Shown here: piece after piece, positions 19,252 to 28,201 of the stretch
Layout of the letters: the number at the start of each line of letters is the position of its first letter
How positions within the stretch are numbered: the stretch's first letter is position 1
Virus record (IMG/VR): IMGVR_UViG_3300043449_001468
Location: 1 to 62,199 of that record
DNA length: 62,199 bases
Reading direction: 5' to 3' (one strand)
From: a virus
Lineage: Duplodnaviria; Caudoviricetes
Translations under genes and position numbers: made by a program
Notes under the pieces: model-generated
Told to the model about the DNA's origin: nothing
Databases searched by the model: none
What the model saw: only the letters and a program-made list of their open reading frames with translations

Positions 19252-19868
19252 TACTCTTACAGCCTCGATGGATCTATGACATTGGATTTAAGAACAAGGG
19301 ATGGTTTGATTGGGATACGGCGGTCTCTGCATTCAATAAATATCCTGTAGGTCAATATGCATTTCTTTTGGCCCCCAACAAACCTGACGATACCTCGTGT
19401 CCTTGGGACCACGAAAGCACCGTGTATATTGGTATGGCAGGAGGAAACTGCTGTGAATTTCGGTTCGATGATAAGAGTGGGAAACGCAATGGTCGGGGAG
19501 GCCAAATCAAAACGTCCTTACTAGACCGATTGCTGGCCCACGGTACCTCTATGAACAAGATCACAGAGGAGATGGTGAGAAAGTTGGACCCCAACTATCA
19601 GGACTATTATTACGCACGACAAAAAAACCCCCACTATAAATTGTGGATACATTTATTTGCACCTAACGCCAATGAAAGCTCGGAGCTTACCTCAAAAATG
19701 CGACCAGATGTGTCATTGATAGAAGCGGAATCGATCTTTCTCTACAAGGCGAGATGGGGAAATGCCCCCATGATGAACCGAGCACATCGATGGGATCTGA
19801 CAACTCGCAAACCGGATTCCCTATCAGCAAAAATCATTGGCGCAATTGAGAAATCGAGGTTATTCTAA
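19248..19868 (+). CDS. divergent GIY-YIG-like nuclease between gp44 and gp62
   Basis: GQY...VYIGMAG, L.DRL..H, IEAE.I...P.MN pattern. Confidence 0.55.
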   Translation: MILLQPRWIYDIGFKNKGWFDWDTAVSAFNKYPVGQYAFLLAPNKPDDTSCPWDHESTVYIGMAGGNCCEFRFDDKSGKRNGRGGQIKTSLLDRLLAHGTSMNKITEEMVRKLDPNYQDYYYARQKNPHYKLWIHLFAPNANESSELTSKMRPDVSLIEAESIFLYKARWGNAPMMNRAHRWDLTTRKPDSLSAKIIGAIEKSRLF

Positions 19869-20266
19869 TGAGTCCATTTGATTTTGTGAGAGAGATTCAA
19901 AGTGGGAAACGTAATCTGATGGCCGATCCTCAGTCCGAAAAGGAGTACGTGCCATTTGTGGTCAATAAAGCCCTTTCCTATGACCTAGACTGCATCATGG
20001 CTGCCAATGAAATGAATCAGCGGCATCATCTTGACAAAAGTATGCAATATGGATACCTACTAAATACAATTCGTGCCCGAAAACGACCATTCCATAAATG
20101 GATCAAGATTGAGTCTAGTGACATTATCGATGCCATCAAATTGTTCTTCGAGTGTTCGACTCCTAAAGCTCATGAAATTCTTGGTATTCTCACTCCCGAT
20201 CAACTAGCTGCGGTGAAGGAGATCACCCAAGAGGGCGGCAGAGTTACCAGAGCAACGAAGACGTAA
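19868..20266 (+). CDS. gp62: gp62 clamp loader small subunit
   Basis: Y.PFVVNKALS...D.IM.ANEMN, QY.YLLN.IR.RKR...W.K, GG near the C-terminus. Confidence 0.92.
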   Translation: MSPFDFVREIQSGKRNLMADPQSEKEYVPFVVNKALSYDLDCIMAANEMNQRHHLDKSMQYGYLLNTIRARKRPFHKWIKIESSDIIDAIKLFFECSTPKAHEILGILTPDQLAAVKEITQEGGRVTRATKT

Positions 20267-20293
20267 CTATGAGATACAGAAAGGGAGCATACC

Positions 20294-20731
20294 ATGGTCG
20301 ATATCTTTAGAGGGGTAGGAGTCGAAATATCCCTCATCTCTCCTGACAATTTCCTCAAGGTATGCGAAACCCTTTCTCGTATCGGGGTGTCCTCACGCAA
20401 AGACAAGATATTGTATCAATCCTGCCATATACTTCATAAACGTGAATATTCTATCCTGGAAGGAGGCGGCAAATCCTACGTGTCACGCTATGCCATCCTA
20501 CACTTCAAGGAACTATTCATTCTAGACGGCAAACCTACCGATATATGTGAAAATGACTATGGTCGCAGAAACGTCATTGCTCGACTCCTGGAAGAATGGA
20601 AACTGGTCAAGGTACTGAATGCAGGATCACTTATGCCGTTGGCACCACTACACCAAATTAAGATTATTACCCATAAAGAGAAGCCGGAATGGCAGTTGAT
20701 ACCGAAGTATACCATTGGAAAGAAAACATAA
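20294..20731 (+). CDS. regA: RegA translational repressor
   Basis: PDNFLKV.ETLSRIGV.S, LYQSCHILHK, HFKELF.LDG, RRN.IA.LL..W, W.L.PKY.IG. Confidence 0.95.
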   Translation: MVDIFRGVGVEISLISPDNFLKVCETLSRIGVSSRKDKILYQSCHILHKREYSILEGGGKSYVSRYAILHFKELFILDGKPTDICENDYGRRNVIARLLEEWKLVKVLNAGSLMPLAPLHQIKIITHKEKPEWQLIPKYTIGKKT

Positions 20732-20897
20732 ATTTCTTGCCATATCGGCAACATTAAAATCCTCTAATGTGAAAATAAAGTTGTCTTTTTAGCCAAAATC
20801 CGGCTCCATGTGTACTATATAGTAATATACATATCCGGGACCAGAGTACCTATAGACTCATAAGTTCCTAAGTCCTAAAGATATCCAATCCAGTATC

Positions 20898-21022
20898 CAT
20901 CCCGGAGCGAAGCGGAGGGATGATCGAGCGAAGCGAGATGATCATTAAGGTATCTCCTGTATAACAATGACGTGGTATGGGCACCTCAAGTCTCATCATA
21001 CTATAATTAACGCGAAGCGCGT
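20898..21022. other. cluster of GCGAAGC mini-hairpins in a non-coding region; candidate origin or ssDNA signal
   Basis: GCGAAGC at 20907, 20928 and 21012; the first two extend via GA/GA steps into longer stems. Confidence 0.5.
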
Positions 21023-21039
21023 ATCGAAGACGATCTCCT

Positions 21040-21330
21040 ATGAATTATATAATGAAACCTGGTTGTGAATATTCCTCCTGGAACGAACACTCCACATGGA
21101 AATCCTTCTATCATGAGGAAGGACACTCCAATGGCAGCGGTCCATCCAAAACTTCACAAAAATTAGCATTATGGTATCCTGGAGTCATCACCGATTGGCC
21201 GTACCTTGCCTTATTAGGAATCACACTACAGGATATCATCGATCATTACCAATGTACCCAAGAGGAAGCCATGAAGGCGATGGAGTACATATTCCACTTT
21301 CAAGTGGATGTAGAAAGTAGGTTCAAATGA
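21040..21330 (+). CDS. hypothetical protein
   Basis: 96-aa ORF; ATGA overlap with the next gene. Confidence 0.5.
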   Translation: MNYIMKPGCEYSSWNEHSTWKSFYHEEGHSNGSGPSKTSQKLALWYPGVITDWPYLALLGITLQDIIDHYQCTQEEAMKAMEYIFHFQVDVESRFK

Positions 21331-21635
21331 TACCGACACAACAAGTACCAAGGTGCGTTGGGTGTTCTTGCATCACGACATCCTACCAATATTTGGAGGG
21401 TCATGGGCTGCTGTGTACCCAGTGCTTCCCCTATTACACGTCTATACGGAATACTGTGGCGTCACGCCCTTATAAAATTCCACGAACTAGACCTAAGCAT
21501 CGTCCCACTACTTCTACGCTGAGTTCACTTAATACGAACACAACTGACAACATATCAAGAACCACCACTACCCATCACGGCCCTCCCTACAGCGACTACT
21601 TCCTCGTGTATGGTTCCAGAGGAAATAAGGCATGA
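21327..21635 (+). CDS. hypothetical protein with CxxC..CxxC
   Basis: CVGC and CTQC; ATGA overlaps on both sides. Confidence 0.5.
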   Translation: MIPTQQVPRCVGCSCITTSYQYLEGHGLLCTQCFPYYTSIRNTVASRPYKIPRTRPKHRPTTSTLSSLNTNTTDNISRTTTTHHGPPYSDYFLVYGSRGNKA

Positions 21636-22204
21636 TCAAGCAGATTGAGAATTTCTTTGCGTATATACATAATCGATGGGTCGACCCATGTCATCGCGTG
21701 GAAATTCGGCATCCAGACTGCCCCAAAGGAAAATACTTTGAGCCTGACGTTACGTTACTCTATGTGAACTTTCAAATCCTTGTTGATTATGTGGAACTCG
21801 AATGCGGTTCTATTTGGCCCGCAGTGCATTTTGAGTCAAGATGGCAACGATGCCATCGTACAATTAAGGATCTGCCCGTTCTACATTGGTTTGTTCGTCC
21901 TGTCCGTAATGCTAGGAGAGGTCTCCATTATCTTCGTTGGGAGATGAAAATAAAAGACTGTCCTCAGCAGGCAGTATATGCACGAGAGATGTTTCGTCTC
22001 TATAAATGGTGGAAACATACCCGAACAAGACGCGAGGATCCCTATACTCGATTCACAGCTCTTGGCCATAATTGGGAAACCCCATTGACGGCCAAGGAGA
22101 GAAAGATTCTTCTTCGTTGTGAAAAACTCTCTTCCAGATACACTCAAGAAGATACCCGAAATCTCCATGCACTGATCGATATTCGCGGAGGACTTTGGTC
22201 ATGA
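21632..22204 (+). CDS. hypothetical protein (Trp-rich, conserved phage type)
   Basis: LLY.NF.ILVDYVE.E, GL.YL.W, LY.WW, LI.IR..LW* pattern. Confidence 0.7.
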   Translation: MIKQIENFFAYIHNRWVDPCHRVEIRHPDCPKGKYFEPDVTLLYVNFQILVDYVELECGSIWPAVHFESRWQRCHRTIKDLPVLHWFVRPVRNARRGLHYLRWEMKIKDCPQQAVYAREMFRLYKWWKHTRTRREDPYTRFTALGHNWETPLTAKERKILLRCEKLSSRYTQEDTRNLHALIDIRGGLWS

Positions 22205-22683
22205 CCCAATTATCTGAACACTTCAGCTTAGAGGAAATGATTCGATCTGATACGGCCCTGAGATTAGGTATTGACAATACGCCCAAACAAGAGTATACTG
22301 ATAACTTAATACGCCTCTGTCAGCATGTACTCGAACCAGTGCGGCTACACTTCGGTCCCGTTCATATTAATTCAGGGTATCGATCCCTGTCCTTGAATAT
22401 GAGTATTAATCCTATGACTTCGACTATTAATAAAGTCAGTCAACATTGCTATGGTCGCGCTGTGGATTTTGAAGTTCCTGGGGTGTCGAATGTGACCGTG
22501 GCCGAGTGGTGTCGCGACAATCTTCCTGAGTATGATCAGATCATCTTGGAATTCTACACACCAGGAATCCCCAATTCTGGATGGGTACACGTCTCATATT
22601 CAACAGAGTCACATAGGAAACAAGTGCTGACGGCCTCTAGAGTGGCAGGGAAGCTTCAGTATTCCATAGGTATTCATCCATAG
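22201..22683 (+). CDS. peptidase M15A-family endolysin
   Basis: LSEHFSL.E..RS.TA...IDN.P, INSGYRS, SQH..G.AVD, DQ.ILE, WVHVS. Confidence 0.88.
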   Translation: MTQLSEHFSLEEMIRSDTALRLGIDNTPKQEYTDNLIRLCQHVLEPVRLHFGPVHINSGYRSLSLNMSINPMTSTINKVSQHCYGRAVDFEVPGVSNVTVAEWCRDNLPEYDQIILEFYTPGIPNSGWVHVSYSTESHRKQVLTASRVAGKLQYSIGIHP

Positions 22684-22694
22684 GAGATCTCAGT

Positions 22695-23069
22695 ATGAAG
22701 ATGATCCATGATGTGTTCGATTTCATGAGAGACAGTGAACAGTTGGTTGCTGGGCAGTTTCCCTCACCTCATCTGGCCGCGCTATATGAGAAGCTGGTGT
22801 CAGAGGAGTACACAGAATTCATGGATGCCACGACCGATGAAAAGAAACTCGACGGGGCACTGGATTTGATTTGGGTACTCTTGGGGTATTGTATTGCTCG
22901 TAATTGGGATGCAGTCGGAGGATGGAAGGAAGTCACTCGTTCGAACATGTCAAAACTTCAAGTAGATTCAGAGACCGGAAAAATTAAGCGCCGTGACGAT
23001 GGAAAGATTATGAAACCTGAGGGTTGGATTGGCCCCGATCTAACCCCGTTTTTGCATGGGGAACAATAA
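22695..23069 (+). CDS. MazG-like / PRA-PH all-alpha NTP pyrophosphohydrolase
   Basis: LV.EE..EF, LDG.LDL.WV, EV.RSNMSK, RDDGK.MKP. Confidence 0.85.
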   Translation: MKMIHDVFDFMRDSEQLVAGQFPSPHLAALYEKLVSEEYTEFMDATTDEKKLDGALDLIWVLLGYCIARNWDAVGGWKEVTRSNMSKLQVDSETGKIKRRDDGKIMKPEGWIGPDLTPFLHGEQ

Positions 23070-23084
23070 CAAAGGAGGTTCTGT

Positions 23085-23423
23085 ATGGGTGAAGTGAAAT
23101 TGGTGTCGTTCAACAATGGTCTCCAGGTATTGGGCACGTATGAGAAGAAGGACGAAGAGGGGAAAGCTGTTCTTCTGTCAAAGCCTGTTCAGTTGGTCAT
23201 GGTACCGAAGAATGCGGAAACCAAGGACGGTCAGGTTGGTATGGCGTTCGCTCCATTTCTTCAATATGCGGAGGAATGGACAACAGGAGTCACCTTCTCG
23301 GTCGCCGACGTGTTGACGGTGACCACTCCAGTTCGTGATCTTCTTAATGCCTACAATTCGGCATTTGGTTCTGGTATCGTTCTACCTGGAGGGAGTCCGG
23401 ATGGTCTGAAACTGGTGCAGTAA
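23085..23423 (+). CDS. conserved T4-like hypothetical protein upstream of DNA polymerase
   Basis: F.P.L.Y ... Y.S.FGSGIV C-terminal pattern; synteny. Confidence 0.7.
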   Translation: MGEVKLVSFNNGLQVLGTYEKKDEEGKAVLLSKPVQLVMVPKNAETKDGQVGMAFAPFLQYAEEWTTGVTFSVADVLTVTTPVRDLLNAYNSAFGSGIVLPGGSPDGLKLVQ

Positions 23424-23541
23424 ATGTTGACTGGGGCCCTGTTAGGCTAGCGGGGTTCTAGAGGGGATGGGGGCCTTCGTGCCCCGCGATCCCCATCACT
23501 GGATCACTGTTACTTTATATTCGACGTGAGATGTGTATACT

Positions 23542-26151
23542 ATGAAATTCTATACCAACGTAGCCTGCTCAGGGAATTCCATCTATTATCGTGGAATCGA
23601 CAATGACCGACGGGTCAAGCTTCGGCTAGACTATTCGCCCACGCTATATGTTCCGTCTCGCGATCCTGCAACAACTTCCACATGGAAGGACCTCCATGGG
23701 AATCCTCTAGAACCTATGACCTTCCCCTCTATACGCGAGGCTCGCGACTTCCTCAAGACCTATGAGTCTGTGGAGGGATTCACGATACACGGCAATTCAA
23801 AATTTGAGTACGCCTATATCGCTGACCAACATCCAGAAGAGACGGTGGAGTGGTCAGCGGAGCATATTGTCGTTGCATTTATCGACATCGAAGTGGGATC
23901 TCAACATGGCATGCCCAGTGTAGAGACCTGCTTAAATCCTGTCACTGCCATTACGGTCAAATTATCGACATCTCCAACGTATCATGTGTTTGGGTGTGGA
24001 AACTACAAACCGCACCGAGAGGATATTCATTATACTAGATGTGAGGATGAATCGGAACTCCTTTCGAAGTTCATGGAATTCTGGACTGAGAGTGCCCCCG
24101 ATGTTGTATCAGGATGGAATATTAAAACATTCGACATTCCATACCTCGTAGGTAGAATGTGTGTCTTGCCTGACTTTGGTGAAGAGGAAGCTCGCTGGTT
24201 GTCTCCATGGGGGAAGGTGTCCCTGCGTGAAGAGAATTTTTATGGTAAAGCCCAACGAGTGTATCAATTACTGGGTTGTGCCACACTTGACTACCTCCAA
24301 TTGTTTCGCAAGTATGCCAAGAATTACAGTCAAGAATCCTATAAGTTAGATCATATTGCTCATGTTGAACTCGGAGAAAGAAAACTGGATTATTCCGACT
24401 ACGACTCACTACACAAACTCTATGTTGAAAATTATCAGTTGTTCATTGAGTATAACATCAAAGATGTAGAGTTGGTTGAGAAATTGAATGCCAAGGGTCG
24501 TTTGATCAACATGGCGCTCACGTTGGCGTATGATAACAAGACGAATTACGATGATGTGTTTAGTCAAATCCGCATGTGGGATGCCATCTGCTACAACCAT
24601 CTTCGACGCAAATGTATTGCCATTCCACCGAAGCTACATATAGAGAAAGAATCGGCCTATGAGGGTGCGTATGTCAAGGATCCACAGATTGGGCTCTTTG
24701 AGTGGATCGAGTCGGTAGACTTGGACAGTCTTTACCCGCATTTAATTATGCAATACAACCTATCCCCAGAGACATTGATTGACCCCAAAGATTACACCGA
24801 TGAGATGAGGAAGATTCTCTCTGATGGTGTCAATGTGGAATCACTGTTGGCACAGAGGATTGATTTGTCCAAGTTGAAGGGAGTCACCATTACTCCCAAC
24901 GGGCAGTTTTTTCGCACAGACAAACAGGGGTTTCTCGCAGAAATTATGGAGAGCATGTATAAGAGTCGGGTCGTCTTCAAGATAAAACAAATTGAGACGG
25001 AGAAGGAACGCGAATCATGTAAGGACCCTGTGTGGATAAAGGAATTGGATGATCGTATTTCACGTTATGAAAATCTTCAGTTGGCCAAGAAGGTAGGACT
25101 AAATTCTGCTTACGGGGCCATGGGAAATGAACACTTCCGGTATTTCGATGTTCGTATTGCCGAAGGAGTCACCCTCGCAGGCCAGTTGAGTATTCGTTGG
25201 GTGGAAGTACGAATTAACACCTATCTTAATAGTCTATTACATACCACAGGGGTGGATTATGTGCTGGCGAGTGATACAGATTCGTTGTACATTCACATGG
25301 GACCCTTGGTCAAGAAAGTGTTTGGAGACACCACCGACAAAAAGAAAATCATCGACTTCTTGGATAAGGTCCACAAAGAAAAGATCCATGGAGTCATTGT
25401 GTCGGCATACAAGGATCTTGCTGTCTATGTACATGCCTATGAACAGAAAATGAGGATGAAACGAGAGTCCTTGGCGGACAAAGGCATCTGGACAGCAAAA
25501 AAACGCTACATTCTGAATGTATGGGACAAAGAAGGTGTGCGCTATGAAAAACCGAAGCTCAAGATCCAAGGTCTAGAAGCCATCAAATCTTCGACCCCCT
25601 CTTCGTGTCGTGATAAAATTAAGGAAGCCATCCACATCATCATGACAGGGACACAAGATCAACTTATCGCACATATCGAGAAGTTCCGATCTACATTCAA
25701 ATCGCTCTCCATTGCAGATATTGCGTTTCCCCGTGGGGTCAACGGATTGGAGAAGTATAGAAATAAGGACGGCAAGACGAAAGTTCATCTGCCTGTGATT
25801 TGGGGTGATGTTGCCTACATGGGGAGCGAGATCTATGAATCTGGCACTCCCATTCACGTAAAGGGGGCGCTGATCTATAATTATTATCTGAAACGTATGG
25901 ATCTTGATAAAGAGTATGAGTTGATTCGCGAGGGTGATAAAATTAAGTTCATCTATCTGAAGGAGCCCAACAAGATGAACACTCCCGTAATCTCCTTTGT
26001 GGGGCGCATACCCAAGGAATTTTCATTAGAGTCTTTGGTAGACTACGACCTTCAGTTTAACAAAAGCTTTATCGAACCCCTGACCATTATCCTGGATGCC
26101 ATTCAATGGCAGGTTGAAAAAACCTCAACCTTGGAGGATTTTTTTGTATGA
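23542..26151 (+). CDS. gp43: gp43 family B DNA polymerase
   Basis: DIEV, GWN...FDIPY, DLDSLYP, K...NS.YG, DTDS, KKRY, C-terminal clamp-binding LEDFF. Confidence 0.97.
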   Translation: MKFYTNVACSGNSIYYRGIDNDRRVKLRLDYSPTLYVPSRDPATTSTWKDLHGNPLEPMTFPSIREARDFLKTYESVEGFTIHGNSKFEYAYIADQHPEETVEWSAEHIVVAFIDIEVGSQHGMPSVETCLNPVTAITVKLSTSPTYHVFGCGNYKPHREDIHYTRCEDESELLSKFMEFWTESAPDVVSGWNIKTFDIPYLVGRMCVLPDFGEEEARWLSPWGKVSLREENFYGKAQRVYQLLGCATLDYLQLFRKYAKNYSQESYKLDHIAHVELGERKLDYSDYDSLHKLYVENYQLFIEYNIKDVELVEKLNAKGRLINMALTLAYDNKTNYDDVFSQIRMWDAICYNHLRRKCIAIPPKLHIEKESAYEGAYVKDPQIGLFEWIESVDLDSLYPHLIMQYNLSPETLIDPKDYTDEMRKILSDGVNVESLLAQRIDLSKLKGVTITPNGQFFRTDKQGFLAEIMESMYKSRVVFKIKQIETEKERESCKDPVWIKELDDRISRYENLQLAKKVGLNSAYGAMGNEHFRYFDVRIAEGVTLAGQLSIRWVEVRINTYLNSLLHTTGVDYVLASDTDSLYIHMGPLVKKVFGDTTDKKKIIDFLDKVHKEKIHGVIVSAYKDLAVYVHAYEQKMRMKRESLADKGIWTAKKRYILNVWDKEGVRYEKPKLKIQGLEAIKSSTPSSCRDKIKEAIHIIMTGTQDQLIAHIEKFRSTFKSLSIADIAFPRGVNGLEKYRNKDGKTKVHLPVIWGDVAYMGSEIYESGTPIHVKGALIYNYYLKRMDLDKEYELIREGDKIKFIYLKEPNKMNTPVISFVGRIPKEFSLESLVDYDLQFNKSFIEPLTIILDAIQWQVEKTSTLEDFFV

Positions 26152-26163
26152 TCGGAGGTAACC

Positions 26164-26370
26164 ATGAAAGAGGATTTCCACTCCATACCAATAAGTCCAC
26201 CCAAAGACTTTGGTCTGCTGCATTGTACCAGATGCAATGAGGAATTCCACTCAAGTAAGCTGATTTGTGGACATCGCACCAATGATACCCATTTACATTG
26301 GTTCTGCCCTACGAGTTCTTGCTATGGTCACATGGATAACGGTATCTATGCCGTAGAAGTTTCTGATTGA
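26164..26370 (+). CDS. small Cys-rich hypothetical protein
   Basis: CTRC ... CP..SC; SD GGAGG. Confidence 0.55.
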   Translation: MKEDFHSIPISPPKDFGLLHCTRCNEEFHSSKLICGHRTNDTHLHWFCPTSSCYGHMDNGIYAVEVSD

Positions 26371-26395
26371 CTACATGATGTGTTCATGTTATACT
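26367..26395 (+). promoter_or_regulatory. early promoter TTGACT-N17-TATACT
   Basis: Near-consensus boxes with TG extension. Confidence 0.7.
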
Positions 26396-26409
26396 AGAAA
26401 GGATCAACT

Positions 26410-26760
26410 ATGAGATTAACTGCTGAACAGATTGCCAAAACGGCGCATGAAGTGAATCGTGCCTATTGTCATGCCTTAGGAGACTACTCCCATCTTCCAT
26501 GGAGATTGGTGCCAGAAAATATTAAACAGTCTGCTATCAATGGAGTGGAATTTCATCTGACCAACCCCGATGCAACCCCCGAACAGTTGCATGCCAATTG
26601 GATGAAATTCAAAACAGAGGATGGATGGACATATGGTGAGATCAAGGATTCAGAAAAGAAAGAACATCCTTGCATGCTTCCATACGGAAGACTGCCCTTG
26701 GAACAGAGAGCCAAGGATTTTATGTTCGCCGCAGTGGTAGACACCCTTAAAACATTCTAA
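26410..26760 (+). CDS. RyR (ryanodine receptor repeat) domain protein
   Basis: H..W...K..DGW.YG..KD...K.HPC.LPY..LP..QR.KD signature. Confidence 0.85.
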   Translation: MRLTAEQIAKTAHEVNRAYCHALGDYSHLPWRLVPENIKQSAINGVEFHLTNPDATPEQLHANWMKFKTEDGWTYGEIKDSEKKEHPCMLPYGRLPLEQRAKDFMFAAVVDTLKTF

Positions 26761-26768
26761 GAGGTATT

Positions 26769-27794
26769 ATGTCGTTGATGGACAGACTGAAAAAAACGTC
26801 GAGTATTGAAATCGCCAACATCCTAGATGAATCTGAGGTATTTGGCGAACGTCAGATGATTCCGACCGAAGTGCCTATTATTAATATTGCACTGTCGGGA
26901 AATCTCAGAGGGGGTCTTACCTCAGGAGTCACAGAGATCGCAGGTCCTTCAAAACATTTCAAAACGGGTATTGCATTATTACTGATGCGAGCATTTCTGA
27001 ATCATCACAAAGATGGTGTAGTGTTGATGTATGATGCAGAATTCGGCACCCCAGGATCCTACTTCACTACGTTCGGTATTGATATGAAGAGGGTTTTCCA
27101 TACTCCCATCACTGATGTTGAACAACTCAAACACGACATTATGCTCCAGCTCACCGAATTGAAGCGGGGTGAGCACGTCATGATTGTGATCGACTCTATC
27201 GGTCAACTGGCATCAAAGAAGGAAGTGGATGATGCCATAGAAGGAAAATCTGTCGCCGATTTTTCACGGGCAAAGGCAATAAAGGGACTTTTTCGTATGG
27301 TCACCCCCCACCTAAGGATTAAAGATATTCCTTTGATTGTGGTGAATCATACATATAAGACGATGGAGATATACAGCAAGGATGTCACCGGAGGTGGCAC
27401 AGGTATGACATACGCCGCCGATACCATTTGGATTGTTGGTCGACAACAGGAGAAAGTGGAGGGAGCCGTTGCAGGTTTCAACTTTGTTCTTAACGTAGAA
27501 AAATCCAGGTTTGTTAAGGAGAAAACGAAACTCCCTATTATGGTGAAGTTTGATGTGGGAATTGAGCCATATTCCGGGTTATTGGAAAATGCCATAGAGG
27601 CTGGTTTCATTGAGAAGCCTAGCCCCGGCTGGTATATCAAGAAAGGTGAGAAAGTTAAGGTTCGCGAGGCAGACACAAAAACGGCTGAATTTTGGGCCGA
27701 CATTCTCGCCAACGAAGAATTCAATACTTTCATTCGCAAAAAGTATGAAATTTCATATGGGGACATCCTGGAAAAGAGTTCGGAGGCGGAATAA
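26769..27794 (+). CDS. uvsX: UvsX RecA-like recombinase
   Basis: NIALSG, GPSKHFKT, YD.EFG, IDSIG.LASKKE, VNHTY, GGG.G, KSRFVKEK. Confidence 0.95.
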   Translation: MSLMDRLKKTSSIEIANILDESEVFGERQMIPTEVPIINIALSGNLRGGLTSGVTEIAGPSKHFKTGIALLLMRAFLNHHKDGVVLMYDAEFGTPGSYFTTFGIDMKRVFHTPITDVEQLKHDIMLQLTELKRGEHVMIVIDSIGQLASKKEVDDAIEGKSVADFSRAKAIKGLFRMVTPHLRIKDIPLIVVNHTYKTMEIYSKDVTGGGTGMTYAADTIWIVGRQQEKVEGAVAGFNFVLNVEKSRFVKEKTKLPIMVKFDVGIEPYSGLLENAIEAGFIEKPSPGWYIKKGEKVKVREADTKTAEFWADILANEEFNTFIRKKYEISYGDILEKSSEAE

Positions 27795-28201
27795 TGATCC
27801 TTGATGGAATCTTCGAGTTGTGGGGCTTGATCGTCTCGTGGTTTCATCGGGCATTCCATCGGGATACTCCACGTCCATTATTGAAAGAGGGAGTAGACTA
27901 TACGTTCATCGAAATTCAATTGGACGAGCCGGTGGATGCGATAAAGATTACTAAAGGTCCCTTTGCCGATGTGGTCTACTATTATGGAGGAGTCAAAATA
28001 ATCCCCGAATCGAATGTGAATCGACTGGCCTACCAATATACCATATGGGATTCGGCTGGACATCCCAAGCAAGAATTGATATCTTCCTCTGAATTCCAGA
28101 CGTATATTGGGGACATCTTGGTGTCGATCATCACAGACGAACAGAATAAAGGAGTGTATGCAGCGCCTAGAATCGACGATCCTCAAGAATTTGATTCATA
28201 A
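27794..28201 (+). CDS. gp40-like head vertex assembly chaperone (putative)
   Basis: Position between uvsX and gp41; GP...VVYYYG.V and IGDIL motifs. Confidence 0.55.
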   Translation: MILDGIFELWGLIVSWFHRAFHRDTPRPLLKEGVDYTFIEIQLDEPVDAIKITKGPFADVVYYYGGVKIIPESNVNRLAYQYTIWDSAGHPKQELISSSEFQTYIGDILVSIITDEQNKGVYAAPRIDDPQEFDS

